Source of the DNA: Escherichia phage C5
Sequence record: NC_048079.1
DNA: 39,551 nt
Reading direction: 5' to 3' (one strand)
The notes under the pieces were generated by a model that saw nothing but the letters and a program-made list of their open reading frames with translations, searched no databases and was not told the DNA's origin. Positions 1 through 7,953 of the stretch are shown here, piece after piece; within the stretch, counting starts at the first letter, position 1; the number at the start of each line of letters is the position of its first letter. The translations under genes were made by a program, and so were the position numbers.

Positions 1-134
1 TCTCACAGTGTACGGACCTAAAGTTCCCCCCATAGGGGTACCTAAAGCCCAGCCAATCACCTAAAGTCAACCTTCGGTTGACCTTGAGGGTTCCCTAGGG
101 GTTGGGGATGGCCCTTGGGTTTACCTTTGAGTGT
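1..134. repeat. Left direct terminal repeat (identical to 39418-39551)
   Basis: Bases 1-134 are repeated exactly at the right end of the window; starts with the T7-type end TCTCACAGTGTACGGACC. The true repeat may be slightly longer than the window shows. Confidence 0.85.
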
Positions 135-260
135 ATCTCTGTGTCCCTATCTGTTACAGCCTCCTAAAGTCACCTCCTAAAGTCATTCCTACCGTCTACA
201 ACCTAAAGAATACACTCAAAGACCCATTCAGTCAATCCCTATCTTAAAGATAATCCTAAA

Positions 261-299
261 GACCATACCTAAAGACCATACCTAAAGACCATACCTAAA
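261..299. repeat. Three tandem copies of the 13-bp unit GACCATACCTAAA, part of a left-end array of CCTAAAG heptamers
   Basis: gaccatacctaaa repeated three times head to tail; further CCTAAAG heptamers at about 16, 41, 59, 163, 176, 201 and 254. Confidence 0.7.
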
Positions 300-347
300 G
301 ATGCCTTGTTGTTACCTATAAAGAGATTATTCTTTAATCATTGTCTT

Positions 348-370
348 TAATACAACTCACTATAAGGAGA
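348..370 (+). promoter_or_regulatory. T7 RNAP promoter phiOL-like (replication-associated)
   Basis: taatacaactcactataaggaga; 20 of 23 matches to the T7 promoter consensus, same variant and position as T7 phiOL. Confidence 0.8.
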
Positions 371-414
371 CTACTTAAAGGCCTTAAAGAGATTAATCAA
401 AAATAATTTAAAAA

Positions 415-455
415 GAGTATTGACTTAAAGAGTCCTACCGGTTACTATTCATCTC
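415..455 (+). promoter_or_regulatory. Early sigma70 promoter A1
   Basis: TTGACT at 420-425, 17-bp spacer, TACTAT at 443-448, preceded by an A-rich tract aaaaagagta. Confidence 0.7.
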
Positions 456-542
456 GTCAACGGGACAACGGCCTAAAAGCCACTCCCTGAGATACCGGGG
501 TCAACCGGATAAGTAGACAGCCTGATAAGTCATACGAAAAAC

Positions 543-585
543 AGGCATTGACAACACGAAGTAACATGTAGTAAGATACACAGCG
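543..585 (+). promoter_or_regulatory. Early sigma70 promoter A2
   Basis: TTGACA at 548-553 and TAAGAT about 18 bp downstream. Confidence 0.65.
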
Positions 586-649
586 TCAACACGGTAGCAC
601 GGTGTCTTCTAGGTGACTTAAGCGCACCACGGCACATAAGGTGAAACAA

Positions 650-692
650 AACGGTTGACAACATGCAGTAAACACGGTACGATGTACCACAA
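650..692 (+). promoter_or_regulatory. Early sigma70 promoter A3
   Basis: TTGACA at 655-660, 17-bp spacer, TACGAT at 678-683, then GTACCAC. Confidence 0.65.
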
Positions 693-796
693 GCAGTAAG
701 GGTGTAGGGATAGGAACCGAGAAACCTGCCCGCGACCCGCCAAGGATAAGGCACTAGCTATGAGTCGAATTCGGTCACTCATCGCATAAAAGAATA

Positions 797-838
797 ACAG
801 GTTGACAGCCTCCTTTAAAAGCTGTAAGATGTACCACG
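797..838 (+). promoter_or_regulatory. Additional A3-like sigma70 promoter
   Basis: TTGACA at 802-807, 17-bp spacer, TAAGAT at 825-830, followed by the same GTACCAC as A3. Confidence 0.5.
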
Positions 839-1017
839 AAATGACGGAACAGTGAGTCACCACACTGAAAGGTGATGCGGCCTAACGAAACCTGACCAAA
901 GACGCTCTTTAACAATCTGGTAAACGGCTCTTGAGTGTACACACGTAGCGGATAACTCAAGGGTATCGCAAGGTGCCCTTTATGATATCCACTAACAACA
1001 CTATGAGGTAACACACA

Positions 1018-1368
1018 ATGGCTATGTCTAACATGACTTATAACAACGTTTTCGATCACGCTTACGAAATGCTGAAAGAAAACATCCGTTATGATGACAT
1101 CCGTGACACTGATGACCTGCACGATGTAGTACACATGGCAGCCGATAGCGCCGTTCCGCACTATTACAGCGACATTTTCAGCGTAATGGCAAGCGAGGGC
1201 ATTGACCTTGAGTTCGAAGACTCTGGTCTGATGCCGGACACCAAGGACGTAATCCGTATCCTGCAAGCGCGTATCTATGAGCAACTCACGATTGACCTCT
1301 GGGAAGACGCTGAGGACTTACTGAACGAGTACCTTGAGGAAGTCGAAGCAGAAGAGGACGAAGAGTAA
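1018..1368 (+). CDS. ocr: Gene 0.3 Ocr, DNA-mimic anti-restriction protein
   Basis: 116 aa, [22 protein letters not shown]...; very acidic with a D/E-rich C-terminus; near-identical to T7 Ocr. Confidence 0.95.
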   Translation: MAMSNMTYNNVFDHAYEMLKENIRYDDIRDTDDLHDVVHMAADSAVPHYYSDIFSVMASEGIDLEFEDSGLMPDTKDVIRILQARIYEQLTIDLWEDAEDLLNEYLEEVEAEEDEE

Positions 1369-1523
1369 TGACTAACAACACCACGCAATACGGTCTGACC
1401 GCTCAAACTGTACTGTTCTATAGCGACATGGTGCGCTGTGGCTTTAACTGGTCGCTCGCAATGGAACACCTTAAGGAACTGTACGAAAACAACAAGGCAA
1501 TAGCCTTGGAGTCTGCCGAGTGA
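1368..1523 (+). CDS. 0.4: Gene 0.4 small early protein (FtsZ inhibitor in T7)
   Basis: 51-aa [54 protein letters not shown]; its ATG overlaps the ocr stop (TAATG). Confidence 0.8.
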   Translation: MTNNTTQYGLTAQTVLFYSDMVRCGFNWSLAMEHLKELYENNKAIALESAE

Positions 1524-1565
1524 TAGGCTCAAGGTCGCTCGATATGAGTGGCCTTTATGATTATC
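1524..1565 (+). promoter_or_regulatory. RNase III processing hairpin (R0.5-like)
   Basis: ggctcaaggtcgctcgatatgagtggcctttatgatt; member of the dispersed CTCAAGGTCGC...TGAGTGGCCTTTATGATT family. Confidence 0.5.
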
Positions 1566-1591
1566 ACTTTACTTGAATGGGAGTAATGCAC

Positions 1592-1720
1592 ATGCTTACT
1601 ATCGGTCTACTCACCGCTCTAGGTCTAGCTGTAGGCGCATCCTTTGGGAAGTCCTTAGGCGTAGCTGTAGGCGCTTACTTGGTCGCTTGTATCATTACGG
1701 GAGCACTGCGCAAATGCTGA
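1592..1720 (+). CDS. 0.5: Gene 0.5 small hydrophobic early protein
   Basis: 42-aa ORF MLTIGLLTALGLAVGASFGKSLGVAVGAYLVACIITGALRKC, predicted single transmembrane helix. Confidence 0.7.
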   Translation: MLTIGLLTALGLAVGASFGKSLGVAVGAYLVACIITGALRKC

Positions 1721-1875
1721 AACACTACGTTATGCCTATCCACACATCCAACGGGTCTACAGTATGCACACCTGATGGGTTCGCAATGAAACAACGAATC
1801 GAACGCCTTAAGCGTGAACTGCGCATCAACCGCAAGATTAACAAGATAGGTTCCAGCTATGACAGAACTCACTGA
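1714..1875 (+). CDS. 0.6: Gene 0.6A
   Basis: 53 aa MLKHYVMPIHTSNGSTVCTPDGFAMKQRIERLKRELRINRKINKIGSSYDRTH, matches T7 gp0.6; the upstream in-frame extension to 1573 overlaps 0.4/0.5 and is unlikely to be used. Confidence 0.75.
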   Translation: MLKHYVMPIHTSNGSTVCTPDGFAMKQRIERLKRELRINRKINKIGSSYDRTH

Positions 1876-2077
1876 TGGCTTAAAGAAAGGTTACATGACC
1901 AACGGTACACTATACGCTGCAAATAGGCGAATAGTGAGAACTTGGCGAGAGAACAACCTTGAACGCCGTAAGGCCCAAGAAAGGGCGGCATGGCATCGGC
2001 GAAAGGAAAAGGTTAAAGCCAAGAAACTCGCCGCACTTGAAAAGGCACTAGCCAATACACTGAACGCTATCTCATAA
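1859..2077 (+). CDS. Basic coiled-coil ORF overlapping the 0.6A end (0.6B-like region)
   Basis: 72 aa, R/K-rich; starts inside the end of 0.6A in another frame and ends 21 bp before gene 0.7; weak own RBS. Confidence 0.45.
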   Translation: MTELTDGLKKGYMTNGTLYAANRRIVRTWRENNLERRKAQERAAWHRRKEKVKAKKLAALEKALANTLNAIS

Positions 2078-2098
2078 CGAACTAAAGGACACACTGAA

Positions 2099-3178
2099 AT
2101 GAACATTACCGACATCATGAACGCTATCGACGCAATCAAAGCACTGCCAATCTGTGAACTTGACAAACGTCAAGGTATGCTTATCGACTTACTGGTCGAG
2201 ATGGTCAACAGCGAAACATGCGATGGCGAAATTACAGAACTGAATCAGGCACTTGAGCATCAAGATTGGTGGACTACCTTGAAGTGTCTCACGGCTGACG
2301 CAGGGTTCAAGATGCTTGGTAATGGTCACTTCTCGGCTGCTTACAGTCACCCGCTGCTACCTAACAGAGTGATTAAGGTGGGCTTTAAGAAAGAGGACTC
2401 AGGCGCTGCGTATACCGCATTCTGCCGCATGTATCAGGGCCGTGCAGGTATCCCTAACGTCTACGATGTACAGCGCCACGCTGGGTGCTATACGGTGGTA
2501 CTTGATGCGCTGAATGATTGCGAGCGTTTCGACAACGATGAGCACTATAAATACGCTGAGATTGCAAGCGACATCATTGACTACAAATCCAATGAGCACG
2601 ATATGTTAACTGGGTGGGATGGCGAGTTCGTCGAGACTTGTAAGCTAATCCGCAAGTTCTTTGAGGGCATCGCTTCGTTCGACATGCACAGCGGTAACAT
2701 CATGTTCGGTGCTAATGATGTACCGTACATTACCGACCCTGTGTCATTCTCACAGAAGAAAGATGGTGGCGCATTCAGTATTGACCCTGAGGAACTCATC
2801 AAGGAAGTCGAAGAGGTCGCACACCAGAGAGCAATCGACCGCGCTAAGGAACGTAAAGAACGTCATGTGGGCCGATTGGAGGCACGCAAAGTAAAACGCC
2901 GTAACCGTAAGGCACGTAAAGCACACCAAGAGAAGCACAAGCGAATGGTTGCTGCGTGGCGTATGGCTGAGCGTCAAGAACGACGTAACCATGAGGTAGC
3001 TGTAGACGTACTGGGAAGAACCAATAACGCTATGCTCTGGGTCAACATGTTCGCTGGGGACTTTAAGGCTCTTGAGGAACGAATTGCGGCGCACTGGTTT
3101 CAAGCTGACCGAATGGCTATCGCTAACGGTCTTCCGCTCAACATCGACAAGCAACTTGACGCAATGCTAATGGGCTGA
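2099..3178 (+). CDS. 0.7: Gene 0.7 serine/threonine protein kinase and host transcription shut-off protein
   Basis: 359 aa [32 protein letters not shown]..., near-identical to T7 gp0.7. Confidence 0.95.
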   Translation: MNITDIMNAIDAIKALPICELDKRQGMLIDLLVEMVNSETCDGEITELNQALEHQDWWTTLKCLTADAGFKMLGNGHFSAAYSHPLLPNRVIKVGFKKEDSGAAYTAFCRMYQGRAGIPNVYDVQRHAGCYTVVLDALNDCERFDNDEHYKYAEIASDIIDYKSNEHDMLTGWDGEFVETCKLIRKFFEGIASFDMHSGNIMFGANDVPYITDPVSFSQKKDGGAFSIDPEELIKEVEEVAHQRAIDRAKERKERHVGRLEARKVKRRNRKARKAHQEKHKRMVAAWRMAERQERRNHEVAVDVLGRTNNAMLWVNMFAGDFKALEERIAAHWFQADRMAIANGLPLNIDKQLDAMLMG

Positions 3179-3248
3179 TAGTCTTATCTTACAGGTCATC
3201 TGCGGGTGGCCTGAATAGATACGATTTACTAACTGGAAGAGGCACTAA

Positions 3249-5900
3249 ATGAACACGATTAACATCGCTAAGAACGACTTCTCTGACATCGAACTGGCTG
3301 CTATCCCGTTCAATACTCTGGCTGACCATTACGGTGAGCGTTTGGCTCGCGAACAGTTGGCCCTTGAGCATGAGTCTTACGAAATGGGTGAAGCACGATT
3401 CCGCAAGATGTTTGAGCGTCAACTTAAAGCTGGTGAGGTTGCGGATAACGCTGCCGCTAAGCCTCTCATTACTACCCTGCTCCCTAAGATGATTGCACGC
3501 ATCAACGACTGGTTTGAGGAAGTGAAAGCTAAGCGCGGCAAACGCCCGACAGCCTTCCAGTTCCTGCAAGAAATCAAGCCGGAAGCGGTAGCGTACATCA
3601 CCATTAAGACCACTCTGGCTTGCCTAACCAGTGCAGACAATACAACCGTTCAGGCTGTAGCAAGCGCAATCGGTCGAGCCATTGAGGATGAGGCTCGCTT
3701 CGGTCGCATCCGTGACCTTGAGGCCAAGCACTTCAAGAAAAACGTTGAGGAACAACTCAACAAGCGTGTAGGTCACGTCTACAAGAAAGCATTCATGCAG
3801 GTTGTCGAAGCGGACATGCTCTCTAAGGGTCTACTCGGTGGCGAGGCGTGGTCTTCGTGGCATAAGGAAGACTCCATTCACGTAGGGGTTCGCTGCATTG
3901 AGATGCTCATTGAGTCAACTGGAATGGTTAGCTTGCATCGTCAAAATGCTGGCGTAGTAGGTCAAGACTCTGAGACTATCGAACTCGCGCCAGAATACGC
4001 TGAGGCTATCGCAACCCGTGCAGGTGCGCTGGCTGGCATCTCTCCGATGTTCCAACCTTGCGTAGTTCCTCCTAAGCCGTGGACTGGTATTACTGGTGGC
4101 GGCTATTGGGCTAACGGTCGTCGTCCTCTGGCGCTGGTGCGCACTCACAGTAAGAAAGCACTGATGCGCTACGAAGATGTTTACATGCCTGAGGTGTACA
4201 AGGCGATTAACATTGCGCAAAACACCGCATGGAAAATCAACAAGAAAGTCCTAGCGGTCGCCAACGTAATCACCAAGTGGAAGCACTGCCCTGTAGAGGA
4301 CATCCCTGCGATTGAACGTGAAGAACTCCCGATGAAACCGGAAGACATCGACACGAATCCTGAGGCTCTCACCGCTTGGAAACGTGCTGCCGCTGCTGTG
4401 TACCGCAAGGACAAGGCTCGCAAGTCTCGCCGTATCAGCCTTGAGTTCATGCTTGAGCAAGCCAATAAGTTCGCTAACCATAAGGCCATCTGGTTCCCTT
4501 ACAACATGGACTGGCGCGGTCGTGTTTACGCTGTGTCAATGTTCAACCCGCAAGGTAACGATATGACCAAAGGTCTGCTGACACTGGCGAAAGGTAAACC
4601 AATCGGTAAGGAAGGTTACTACTGGTTGAAAATCCACGGTGCAAACTGTGCGGGTGTCGATAAGGTTCCGTTCCCTGAGCGCATCAAGTTCATTGAGGAC
4701 AACCACGAGAACATCATGGCTTGCGCTAAGTCTCCACTGGAGAACACTTGGTGGGCTGAGCAAGATTCTCCGTTCTGCTTCCTTGCGTTCTGCTTTGAGT
4801 ACGCTGGGGTACAACACCACGGCCTTAGCTACAACTGCTCTCTTCCGCTGGCGTTCGATGGGTCTTGCTCTGGTATTCAGCACTTCTCCGCGATGCTCCT
4901 TGACGAGATAGGTGGTCGTGCGGTTAACCTGCTGCCTAGTGAAACCGTTCAGGACATCTACGGGATTGTCGCTAAGAAAGTAAATGTGATTCTGCAAGAA
5001 GATGTAATCAACGGGACAGACAACGAAGTAGTTACCGTGACCGATGAGAACACGGGTGAAATCTCTGAGAAAGTCAAGCTGGGCACCAAGGCTCTGGCTG
5101 GTCAATGGCTGGCCTACGGTGTTACTCGCAGCGTGACTAAGCGTTCAGTCATGACGCTGGCTTACGGGTCCAAAGAGTTCGGCTTCCGTCAACAAGTGCT
5201 GGAAGATACCATTCAACCAGCTATTGATTCCGGTAAGGGTCTAATGTTTACTCAACCGAATCAGGCTGCTGGGTACATGGCTAAACTGATTTGGGAAGCT
5301 GTGAGCGTCACGGTGGTGGCTGCGGTTGAAGCAATGAACTGGCTTAAGTCTGCCGCTAAGCTGCTGGCTGCTGAGGTCAAAGATAAGAAGACTGGAGAGA
5401 TTCTTCGCAAGCGTTGCGCTGTGCATTGGGTAACTCCTGATGGCTTCCCTGTGTGGCAGGAATACAAGAAGCCCATTCAGACTCGCTTGAACCTGATGTT
5501 CCTCGGTCAGTTCCGCTTACAGCCAACCATTAACACTAACAAGGATAGCGAGATTGATGCACACAAACAGGAGTCCGGTATTGCCCCTAACTTTGTACAC
5601 AGCCAAGACGGTAGCCACCTACGTAAGACTGTAGTGTGGGCGCATGAGAAGTACGGAATCGAATCATTTGCGTTGATTCACGACTCCTTCGGGACAATTC
5701 CTGCTGATGCTGCCAACTTATTCAAAGCTGTGCGCGAAACTATGGTTGACACCTATGAATCCTGTGATGTACTGGCTGACTTCTACGACCAGTTCGCTGA
5801 CCAGTTGCACGAGTCTCAATTGGATAAAATGCCAGCACTTCCGGCTAAGGGTAACTTGAATCTCCAAGACATCCTTAAGTCAGACTTCGCGTTTGCGTAA
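3249..5900 (+). CDS. 1: Gene 1 single-subunit T7-type DNA-dependent RNA polymerase
   Basis: 883 aa MNTINIAKNDFSDIELAAIPFNTLADHYGERLAREQLALEHESYEMGEARFRKMF... ending ...LQDILKSDFAFA; near-identical to T7 RNAP, consistent with the 17 T7-type promoters present. Confidence 0.98.
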   Translation: MNTINIAKNDFSDIELAAIPFNTLADHYGERLAREQLALEHESYEMGEARFRKMFERQLKAGEVADNAAAKPLITTLLPKMIARINDWFEEVKAKRGKRPTAFQFLQEIKPEAVAYITIKTTLACLTSADNTTVQAVASAIGRAIEDEARFGRIRDLEAKHFKKNVEEQLNKRVGHVYKKAFMQVVEADMLSKGLLGGEAWSSWHKEDSIHVGVRCIEMLIESTGMVSLHRQNAGVVGQDSETIELAPEYAEAIATRAGALAGISPMFQPCVVPPKPWTGITGGGYWANGRRPLALVRTHSKKALMRYEDVYMPEVYKAINIAQNTAWKINKKVLAVANVITKWKHCPVEDIPAIEREELPMKPEDIDTNPEALTAWKRAAAAVYRKDKARKSRRISLEFMLEQANKFANHKAIWFPYNMDWRGRVYAVSMFNPQGNDMTKGLLTLAKGKPIGKEGYYWLKIHGANCAGVDKVPFPERIKFIEDNHENIMACAKSPLENTWWAEQDSPFCFLAFCFEYAGVQHHGLSYNCSLPLAFDGSCSGIQHFSAMLLDEIGGRAVNLLPSETVQDIYGIVAKKVNVILQEDVINGTDNEVVTVTDENTGEISEKVKLGTKALAGQWLAYGVTRSVTKRSVMTLAYGSKEFGFRQQVLEDTIQPAIDSGKGLMFTQPNQAAGYMAKLIWEAVSVTVVAAVEAMNWLKSAAKLLAAEVKDKKTGEILRKRCAVHWVTPDGFPVWQEYKKPIQTRLNLMFLGQFRLQPTINTNKDSEIDAHKQESGIAPNFVHSQDGSHLRKTVVWAHEKYGIESFALIHDSFGTIPADAANLFKAVRETMVDTYESCDVLADFYDQFADQLHESQLDKMPALPAKGNLNLQDILKSDFAFA

Positions 5901-5908
5901 CGTCAAAT

Positions 5909-5931
5909 CAATACGACTCACTATAGAGGGA
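5909..5931 (+). promoter_or_regulatory. T7 RNAP promoter phi1.1A
   Basis: caatacgactcactatagaggga. Confidence 0.85.
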
Positions 5932-5972
5932 CAAACTCAAGGTCACTTAATGAGTGGCCTTTATGATTGACC
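5932..5972 (+). promoter_or_regulatory. RNase III processing hairpin (R1.1-like)
   Basis: caaactcaaggtcacttaatgagtggcctttatgattgacc. Confidence 0.5.
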
Positions 5973-5979
5973 TTCCGGT

Positions 5980-6002
5980 TAATACGACTCACTATAGGAG
6001 AA
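5980..6002 (+). promoter_or_regulatory. T7 RNAP promoter phi1.1B
   Basis: taatacgactcactataggagaa. Confidence 0.85.
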
Positions 6003-6080
6003 CCTTAAGGTTTAACTTTAAGACCCTTAAGTGTTAATTAAAGATTTAAATTAAAGAATTACTAAGAGAGGACTTTAAGT

Positions 6081-6209
6081 ATGCGTAACTTCGAAAAGAT
6101 GACCAAACGTTCTACCCGTAATGCTCATGACTTCGAGGTAACTAAAGGTCGCAAGTTGAATAAGACTAAGCGTGACCGTTCCCATAAGCGTAGCTGGGAG
6201 GGTCAGTAA
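6081..6209 (+). CDS. 1.1: Gene 1.1 small basic protein
   Basis: 42 aa MRNFEKMTKRSTRNAHDFEVTKGRKLNKTKRDRSHKRSWEGQ. Confidence 0.8.
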   Translation: MRNFEKMTKRSTRNAHDFEVTKGRKLNKTKRDRSHKRSWEGQ

Positions 6210-6210
6210 G

Positions 6211-6468
6211 ATGGGACGTTTATACAGTGGGAACTTGAATGACCTCAAGGATGCTTGCAACAGGCTCTACCAGTTAGACTTTGCTGTTATTTGTGATGAA
6301 TGGCACGATGCTTACAAACGCCTTGCGTGTATGCGTCTACGCGTAGAGGACAGGGCTGGAAACCTGATTGATGTTAATACGTTCTGCCACCACGATGAAG
6401 ACGTCTTGTACAATACGTGTACTGAATGGCTGAACCATATGTACGACCAGTTGAAGGACTGGAAGTAA
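6211..6468 (+). CDS. 1.2: Gene 1.2 inhibitor of host dGTP triphosphohydrolase
   Basis: 85 aa MGRLYSGNLNDLKDACNRLYQLDFAVICDEWHDAYKRLACMRLRVEDRAGNLIDVNTFCHHDEDVLYNTCTEWLNHMYDQLKDWK; T7 gp1.2 homolog. Confidence 0.85.
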   Translation: MGRLYSGNLNDLKDACNRLYQLDFAVICDEWHDAYKRLACMRLRVEDRAGNLIDVNTFCHHDEDVLYNTCTEWLNHMYDQLKDWK

Positions 6469-6488
6469 TACGACTCAGTACAGGGACA
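6466..6488 (+). promoter_or_regulatory. T7 RNAP promoter phi1.3 (variant)
   Basis: taatacgactcagtacagggaca; deviates from consensus in the -5 to -2 region. Confidence 0.75.
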
Positions 6489-6530
6489 ATGCTTAAGGTC
6501 GCTCATTGAGTGGCCTTAGTCATTTAACCA
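6489..6530 (+). promoter_or_regulatory. RNase III processing hairpin (R1.3-like)
   Basis: atgcttaaggtcgctcattgagtggccttagtcatttaacc. Confidence 0.5.
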
Positions 6531-6546
6531 ATAGGAGATAAACATT

Positions 6547-7572
6547 ATGATGAACATTAAGACCAACCCATTCAAAGCCGTGTCTTTCGTAGAGTCTGCC
6601 ATTAAGAAGGCTCTGGATAACGCTGGGTATCTTATTGCTGACATTAAGTACGATGGTGTGCGTGGTAACATCTGCGTAGACAATACCGCTAACTGCTGCT
6701 GGCTCTCTCGTGTATCCAAACCGATTCCGGCACTGTCTTACCTTAATGGGTTCGACGCACGTTGGCAGCGTCTACTAAAGGATGACCGTTGCTTCTACCC
6801 TGATGGCTTCATGCTGGATTGCGAACTTATGGTCAAGGGAGTGGACTTCAACACTGGCTCCGGCCTTCTGCGGACCAAGTGGCTCAACAAGAAGAACATG
6901 CAGTTCGATATTGGCGGTCCGTATGAATCGTGGGACGTGAGCCTGAAGGGACTTCCTTTCGGTATTGACCCGAACTTACTAACAGTTAAACTCTACGCTA
7001 TCCTTCCGTACCACATTGTGGAATCTGGGGAAGACTGTGATGTCATGACGTTGCTCATGCAGGAACACGTTAAGAACATGCTGCCTCTGCTACAGGAATA
7101 CTTTCCTGAAATCGAATGGCAAGCGGCTGAGTCTTACGAGGTTTACGACATGGTAGAACTACAGCAACTGTACGAGAAGAAGCGTGAAGAAGGGCATGAG
7201 GGTCTCATTGTGAAAGACCCTATGTGCATCTATAAGCGCGGTAAGAAGTCCGGCTGGTGGAAACTTAAGCCAGAGAATGAGGCTGACGGTATCATTCAGG
7301 GTCTTGTGTGGGGAACAGAAGGTTTAGCCAATGAAGGTAAAGTAATCGGATTTGAGGTGCTTCTTGAGAGTGGTCGTGTAGTTAATGCCACAAACATCTC
7401 TCGCACCTTAATGGATGAATTTACTAGCACAGTTAACATCGAAGGCGAAACCTACTACAACGGACACGCTTGTCAGATTGCGTACATGGAGGAAACACCT
7501 GATGGCTCTCTGCGTCACCCATCGTTCGTAATGTTCCGTGGCACAGAGGACAACCCTCAAGAGAAAATGTAA
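6547..7572 (+). CDS. 1.3: Gene 1.3 ATP-dependent DNA ligase
   Basis: 341 aa; adenylation motif KYDGVRG near the N-terminus; N- and C-terminal regions match T7 ligase, with two internal segments that look divergent or shorter. Confidence 0.93.
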   Translation: MMNIKTNPFKAVSFVESAIKKALDNAGYLIADIKYDGVRGNICVDNTANCCWLSRVSKPIPALSYLNGFDARWQRLLKDDRCFYPDGFMLDCELMVKGVDFNTGSGLLRTKWLNKKNMQFDIGGPYESWDVSLKGLPFGIDPNLLTVKLYAILPYHIVESGEDCDVMTLLMQEHVKNMLPLLQEYFPEIEWQAAESYEVYDMVELQQLYEKKREEGHEGLIVKDPMCIYKRGKKSGWWKLKPENEADGIIQGLVWGTEGLANEGKVIGFEVLLESGRVVNATNISRTLMDEFTSTVNIEGETYYNGHACQIAYMEETPDGSLRHPSFVMFRGTEDNPQEKM

Positions 7573-7578
7573 TCACAC

Positions 7579-7608
7579 TGGCTCACCTTCGGGTGGGCCT
7601 TTCTGCGT
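7579..7608 (+). terminator. Early terminator TE (rho-independent)
   Basis: GC-rich hairpin ggctcaccttcgggtgggcc followed by tttctgcgttt, immediately after the ligase gene. Confidence 0.8.
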
Positions 7609-7609
7609 T

Positions 7610-7632
7610 TAATACGACTCACTAAAGGAGGT
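7610..7632 (+). promoter_or_regulatory. T7 RNAP promoter phi1.5
   Basis: taatacgactcactaaaggaggt. Confidence 0.85.
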
Positions 7633-7639
7633 ACACATC

Positions 7640-7729
7640 ATGATGTACTTCATGCCATTACTCATCGTCATCATAGGATGCCTTGCTCTCCACTGTAGCG
7701 ACGATGATATGCCAGATGGTCACGCTTAA
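7640..7729 (+). CDS. 1.5: Gene 1.5 small protein
   Basis: 29 aa MMYFMPLLIVIIGCLALHCSDDDMPDGHA. Confidence 0.7.
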   Translation: MMYFMPLLIVIIGCLALHCSDDDMPDGHA

Positions 7730-7738
7730 GGAGGCGCT

Positions 7739-7933
7739 ATGTGGCCAGCTTTATTATTCATCTTCGCTGCTTCCTCTCCGGCTGGAGGCTCAGTATCTCC
7801 GACTGTTACAGCTATTGAGATGCCAACTCTCAGGATATGCCAGTCAGTAGCAGAACAGCTTAAGGAGACACCAAAGCCGGGCAACGGATACGCTCAATAC
7901 ACTTACAAGTGCGTTGAGAAGAAGCCTAACTAA
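7739..7933 (+). CDS. Hypothetical 64-aa protein with signal-peptide-like N-terminus; no T7 counterpart recognised
   Basis: Strong RBS taaggagg 5 nt upstream of the ATG; MWPALLFIFAASSPAGGSVSPTVTAIEMPTLRICQSVAEQLKETPKPGNGYAQYTYKCVEKKPN; hydrophobic N-terminus and two Cys; stop overlaps the first bases of phi1.6. Confidence 0.7.
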   Translation: MWPALLFIFAASSPAGGSVSPTVTAIEMPTLRICQSVAEQLKETPKPGNGYAQYTYKCVEKKPN

Positions 7934-7953
7934 TACGACTCACTAAAGGAGAC
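7931..7953 (+). promoter_or_regulatory. T7 RNAP promoter phi1.6
   Basis: taatacgactcactaaaggagac. Confidence 0.85.

Larger units (their letters stand above)
5909..6080 (+). other. Probable primary origin of replication (paired phi1.1A/B promoters plus AT-rich tract)
   Basis: Two T7 promoters followed by the AT-rich stretch ttaagtgttaattaaagatttaaattaaagaattactaag; organisation matches the T7 primary origin. Confidence 0.5.

Noticed and set aside
240-300. Possible CRISPR-like repeat array
   Set aside because: The repeat unit is only 13 bp, copies are contiguous with no spacers, and the locus is the T7-type left-end heptamer array.
775-1284. 169-aa minus-strand ORF overlapping the early promoter region and ocr
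   Set aside because: Antisense to the highly conserved ocr gene and promoter region; no RBS; T7-group genomes encode all known genes on the + strand.
1573-1713. N-terminal extension of the 0.6A ORF back to 1573 (100-aa version)
   Set aside because: The extension overlaps genes 0.4/0.5 and the RNase III hairpin; the T7-homologous protein begins at the ATG at 1714.
3180-3248. Possible RNase III site or minor promoter between genes 0.7 and 1
   Set aside because: A weak hairpin (caggtcatctgcgggtggcctg) is present, but it does not match the conserved RNase III motif family seen elsewhere in this genome.
4536-5105. 189-aa minus-strand ORF inside the RNA polymerase gene
   Set aside because: Lies antisense within a near-perfectly conserved RNAP coding region; a frame kept open by codon bias, with no start context.
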